From: Methanomassiliicoccaceae archaeon
GTDB lineage: Archaea; Thermoplasmatota; Thermoplasmata; Methanomassiliicoccales; Methanomassiliicoccaceae
Direction of reading: 5' to 3'
DNA: 64,000 nucleotides
Assembly: GCA_963728405.1 (NCBI GenBank)
Contig: CAVSJV010000005.1
Coordinates: 192,001 to 256,000, forward strand
Shown here: positions 61,169-64,000 of the stretch, in pieces
Position numbering within the stretch: the first letter of the stretch is position 1
Layout of the letters: each line of letters begins with the position of its first letter
The notes under the pieces: model-generated
What the model was told of the DNA's origin: nothing
Seen by the model: only the letters and a program-made list of their open reading frames with translations
Database searches by the model: none
Position numbers and translations under genes: made by a program

Positions 61169-61975
61169 TCATTTCGTGGCGGATAGGTTCATTCTTCGAA
61201 AGGTCTCGAAGTAACTGCCGTCCGGAGCCCTGGTCCTCTCCTTCATCTTCTCTACAACCAGGTCGCGCATCCCTTTCTTATCATTCTCATGGACCAATGC
61301 AAGCAAAGGAACAAGGGAAGGTTGGTCTATCCAACTCAATAGCTCATCCTCGGTGAAGAATCGATCGGCGTTCTCGGTCCAAGTTCGGTGTTCTGAGAAC
61401 TTCTTGCTGCGGACCAGGAACTCATACTCTTCCAAGGTAGGCATGAACCAGGGCCATTGTGCCTGTTCAAAATATCTTCGGTAGCGAGGTAGCTCCATGA
61501 CCTCTCGGGCCACGGCGAAGAAGTTCGAGCAGTTGCCGTCCCCGGCGAAGTTGAAGCGTATCCTCCCGCCGGCGCGAAGTCCGCTCCGGACATGATCCAA
61601 CAAACGGCCATGGTCCTTGACCCAGTGTAATGCTGCGTTCGAGAAGGCCACATCGAACTCTCCCTCGAAGGTGAGATCATTGATGTTCAGGACCTCGAAC
61701 CGAAGATTGCCACCCTCCAATTTCTTCGCAGTGTTGATCATAGAAGGTGATGAGTCCACCCCCAGGACCGATCCCCCAGGAACGCGTTCCGCTATCTGAC
61801 GGGTCAGTATGCCATCACCACAGCCTAGGTCGATGACCTGCTCGTTGCCGCGAAGCGCAAGCTCATCGATGAGCTTCATGCCCCACTCCTTCTGGTGGCG
61901 GGAGGCGGCCTTGTACTTCTCCCCATCGAAATCGGCCGCAGATGGAGCTTGGCCCTTTAACGAGGAATTGACCAT
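61169..61975 (-). CDS. Class I SAM methyltransferase (trans-aconitate methyltransferase-like)
   Basis: IDLGCGDG, GVDSSPSM, FSNAALHWV. Confidence 0.87.
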   Translation of the reverse strand: MVNSSLKGQAPSAADFDGEKYKAASRHQKEWGMKLIDELALRGNEQVIDLGCGDGILTRQIAERVPGGSVLGVDSSPSMINTAKKLEGGNLRFEVLNINDLTFEGEFDVAFSNAALHWVKDHGRLLDHVRSGLRAGGRIRFNFAGDGNCSNFFAVAREVMELPRYRRYFEQAQWPWFMPTLEEYEFLVRSKKFSEHRTWTENADRFFTEDELLSWIDQPSLVPLLALVHENDKKGMRDLVVEKMKERTRAPDGSYFETFRRMNLSATK

Positions 61976-62017
61976 GGAACGATAATGTGATTCATGCAAT
62001 ATAGAAGAAATGAAAAG

Positions 62018-62090
62018 TGCAGGTGCCGGGATTCGAACCCGGGCGTTTAGCTTGGAAGGCTAAAATCCTAACCAACTAGATTACACCTGC
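62018..62090 (-). tRNA. tRNA-Gly(TCC)
   Basis: Reverse complement GCAGGTGTAATCTAGTTGGTTAGGATTTTAGCCTTCCAAGCTAAACGCCCGGGTTCGAATCCCGGCACCTGCA. Confidence 0.93.
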
Positions 62091-62449
62091 GCGTTCTATC
62101 CTGACTCACTTCCCCTTTTTAACTCTTGTTGAGCTGTTCGCTCTTCTTAAAGGGAGCCCCTCTGCATCATTTTAAGCCTCTGCCATTCGCGCAATAGGTC
62201 AATGGTAGCAATATATCAGACAAGTCGTCGACATCGGTTCTTCCGACCTACTATTGGAAAGGCAACGGTACTTTGTTCGGAAATATGTGGCGAAGTGCCG
62301 ACTCCGTCGGAGAAAAGCCAGAGCAGTCGCGGGCATGAAGGATGCTTTGTCGGCGGACATCGTACTCCATCAATATTGGAATTATTGAAAGTGGGAAGCG
62401 GAGGAGTACTTTTAAAACTCTGAGGCTGGAGATGAAAAATAGAGGGGGT

Positions 62450-62477
62450 GAGGAGGCGCCCCATCCTGCGCCTCCTC
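62450..62477. terminator. Perfect 10-bp GC-rich hairpin
   Basis: GAGGAGGCGC-N8-GCGCCTCCTC, just downstream of the minus-strand ORF 62516-62764. Confidence 0.4.
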
Positions 62478-62515
62478 CAAAAGGCGGCCGTTTTCATTCC
62501 ACGATCGCGATTAGT

Positions 62516-62764
62516 TCAGCTGTCTCCCATCCTTGGCAGCTGTCCCTGCTCGATCTCTTCCAAGGCTTGGACGGTCTCCATGATCCCGTTAACGATCTCG
62601 CCCTTGTTCTCCAGTTCTCTGGCAAGGTTCTTCAGATCACTAACGGTATGGGTTTTCATCCAAGCGATGACTTCGGGATCGAAATCGTTGTTGCGGATCG
62701 ACGCGTGCCTGTTATTCATTGCTTGCATCCCATCGAAGATATTCGTCCGACGTTGGTCAGACAA
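62516..62764 (-). CDS. Small hypothetical protein
   Basis: 82-aa helical-looking ORF with a TATA-like element upstream and a hairpin downstream. Confidence 0.4.
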   Translation of the reverse strand: MSDQRRTNIFDGMQAMNNRHASIRNNDFDPEVIAWMKTHTVSDLKNLARELENKGEIVNGIMETVQALEEIEQGQLPRMGDS

Positions 62765-62964
62765 AGACAGGAAAGAGGATATTTACTATATAATGATTTC
62801 CATGTAATTTATTCAGCATCGTAAGATGAACCTCCCAGATGGCATTTGGGCCTGTGGTCCAACAAGCTCGTCCGACACTCGGCCGCCATGTTCCGTCCGG
62901 CGCGTCTGACTAGAAAAGCCTTTTTATGTACATACCACAATCAGCGCGCAATTACGGTGATGGG

Positions 62965-64000
62965 ATGGGATTTCTAGAATCGCTCCGCGACAAGGAGCTT
63001 AGAGGGCTCTTTAGGGCTCGAAAGCTGATAGAGAACGCAGACCTGCAGCTCGCAAACGGTCGCGGTCCAGAGGCACATGCCGAGCTCGATAAGGCCAAGG
63101 AGATGTTGTTCAAGGAAGGGCAGAGGGGTAGCCTCCACTCCAAGGACCACGCGGACGTGCTGATCATCCTGTCGGGGATCCTGGTCAAGGCCCAGGCCTT
63201 GGACGACGCTATGAAGGCGACAGACAAGGCGCTGACGCTCATGCCATCGGACCCTCTGGCCATGGCGGCGCGGGCCCGCGTGCTCGCTGCCAAGGGCTCC
63301 TACTCGGAGGCAATCGCTCTGCTGGGCAAAGCGATGGAGCTGAAGGGGGATGACAAGGGGCTCTACTTCGACAAGGCCCGGGTACTGGAACGGGCCGGAA
63401 AGAAGGAGCAGGCCGTTGCCGCCTACAAAAAGGTCGTGGAGATAGACCCAGCGGACATCGAGACCTATGATATGCTCATCACCCTGGATGACAAGCTAAA
63501 GTGGTCCTTACAGAAGGCCGAGGCGTTAATGCGGGCCAAGCGGACCGAGGATTCCCTCAAGGCGCTCGACGAGATCCTGGTCCAGGACCCCAAGAACATC
63601 GACGTCATGCTGGTCAAGGGTAGGATCCTTCTTGAGCAGCGGCGGTTCGATGAGGCCTCTGCCATCTATGATCGGGCACTGGAAGCGGAGCCAACCTCCT
63701 TCAGTGGGAATTTGGGCAAGGCCCAAGTGCTCCGGGCCTCGGGAGAGCTGGAGCATGCCGTAAAGTATTACAAAGAGGCCCTGAGGGCCGACGTGCGACG
63801 CAAGGAGACCTGGGTCGAGGTGGGGCATCTTCTGGAACAGCTCAAGCGCCTGGACGAGGCAGAAAAAGTATACGCAAAGGCGCTGGAGATCGATCCCCGG
63901 TATCTGGCGGCCCAGGAAGGTCAATATCGCACCCTGTTGGCCGAGGAGAAGTGGCCAGAGGTGGCCGAGGCCGCCTCTCTGCTGCTGGGTCAGAAGCCTG
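62965..64000 (+). CDS. Tetratricopeptide-repeat protein (N-terminal part; runs off the window)
   Basis: Open frame from ATG 62965 to the end: MGFLESLRDKEL..., repeated A..Y.KAL.IDP / KG..L TPR motifs. Confidence 0.88.
   Translation, partial: MGFLESLRDKELRGLFRARKLIENADLQLANGRGPEAHAELDKAKEMLFKEGQRGSLHSKDHADVLIILSGILVKAQALDDAMKATDKALTLMPSDPLAMAARARVLAAKGSYSEAIALLGKAMELKGDDKGLYFDKARVLERAGKKEQAVAAYKKVVEIDPADIETYDMLITLDDKLKWSLQKAEALMRAKRTEDSLKALDEILVQDPKNIDVMLVKGRILLEQRRFDEASAIYDRALEAEPTSFSGNLGKAQVLRASGELEHAVKYYKEALRADVRRKETWVEVGHLLEQLKRLDEAEKVYAKALEIDPRYLAAQEGQYRTLLAEEKWPEVAEAASLLLGQKP

Noticed and set aside
61169-62900. Second island at tRNA-Gly
   Set aside because: No duplicated tRNA-Gly 3' end or integrase was found by eye in the window.

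Overview
Archaeal chromosomal DNA, most likely a methanol-using methylotrophic methanogen of the Methanomassiliicoccales (Thermoplasmatota). This is inferred from mtaC-mtaB with a RamA-type corrinoid activase, radA/radB, the archaeal CCA enzyme, rpl44e-rps27e-aIF2a-nop10-PAC2, ipk-fni-idsA, thi4/thiE, pyrBI, arcS and a stand-alone 5S rRNA gene. Three tRNAs are present: Tyr-GTA with an intron, Pro-TGG and Gly-TCC. Many genes carry apparent single-base indels, probably consensus errors. The most notable non-core signals are: (1) a ~7.2 kb integrase-free tandem array of gene cassettes downstream of tRNA-Pro, delimited by three decayed copies of the tRNA 3' end, two of which share a ~150 bp flanking repeat; (2) an IS605/TnpB remnant reduced to about the omega-RNA-sized 3' end plus right-end hairpin, directly downstream of the 5S rRNA; (3) a regulated TusA-DsrE-DsrE2-DsrH-DsrE-DsrF sulfur-relay operon in front of arcS; (4) a ~1600-aa FG-GAP/PKD surface protein with a cytoplasmic longin/roadblock-like tail; (5) a multi-PAS/GAF pseudo-kinase paired with a lone receiver protein. 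All calls come from reading motifs by eye; no database search was run.
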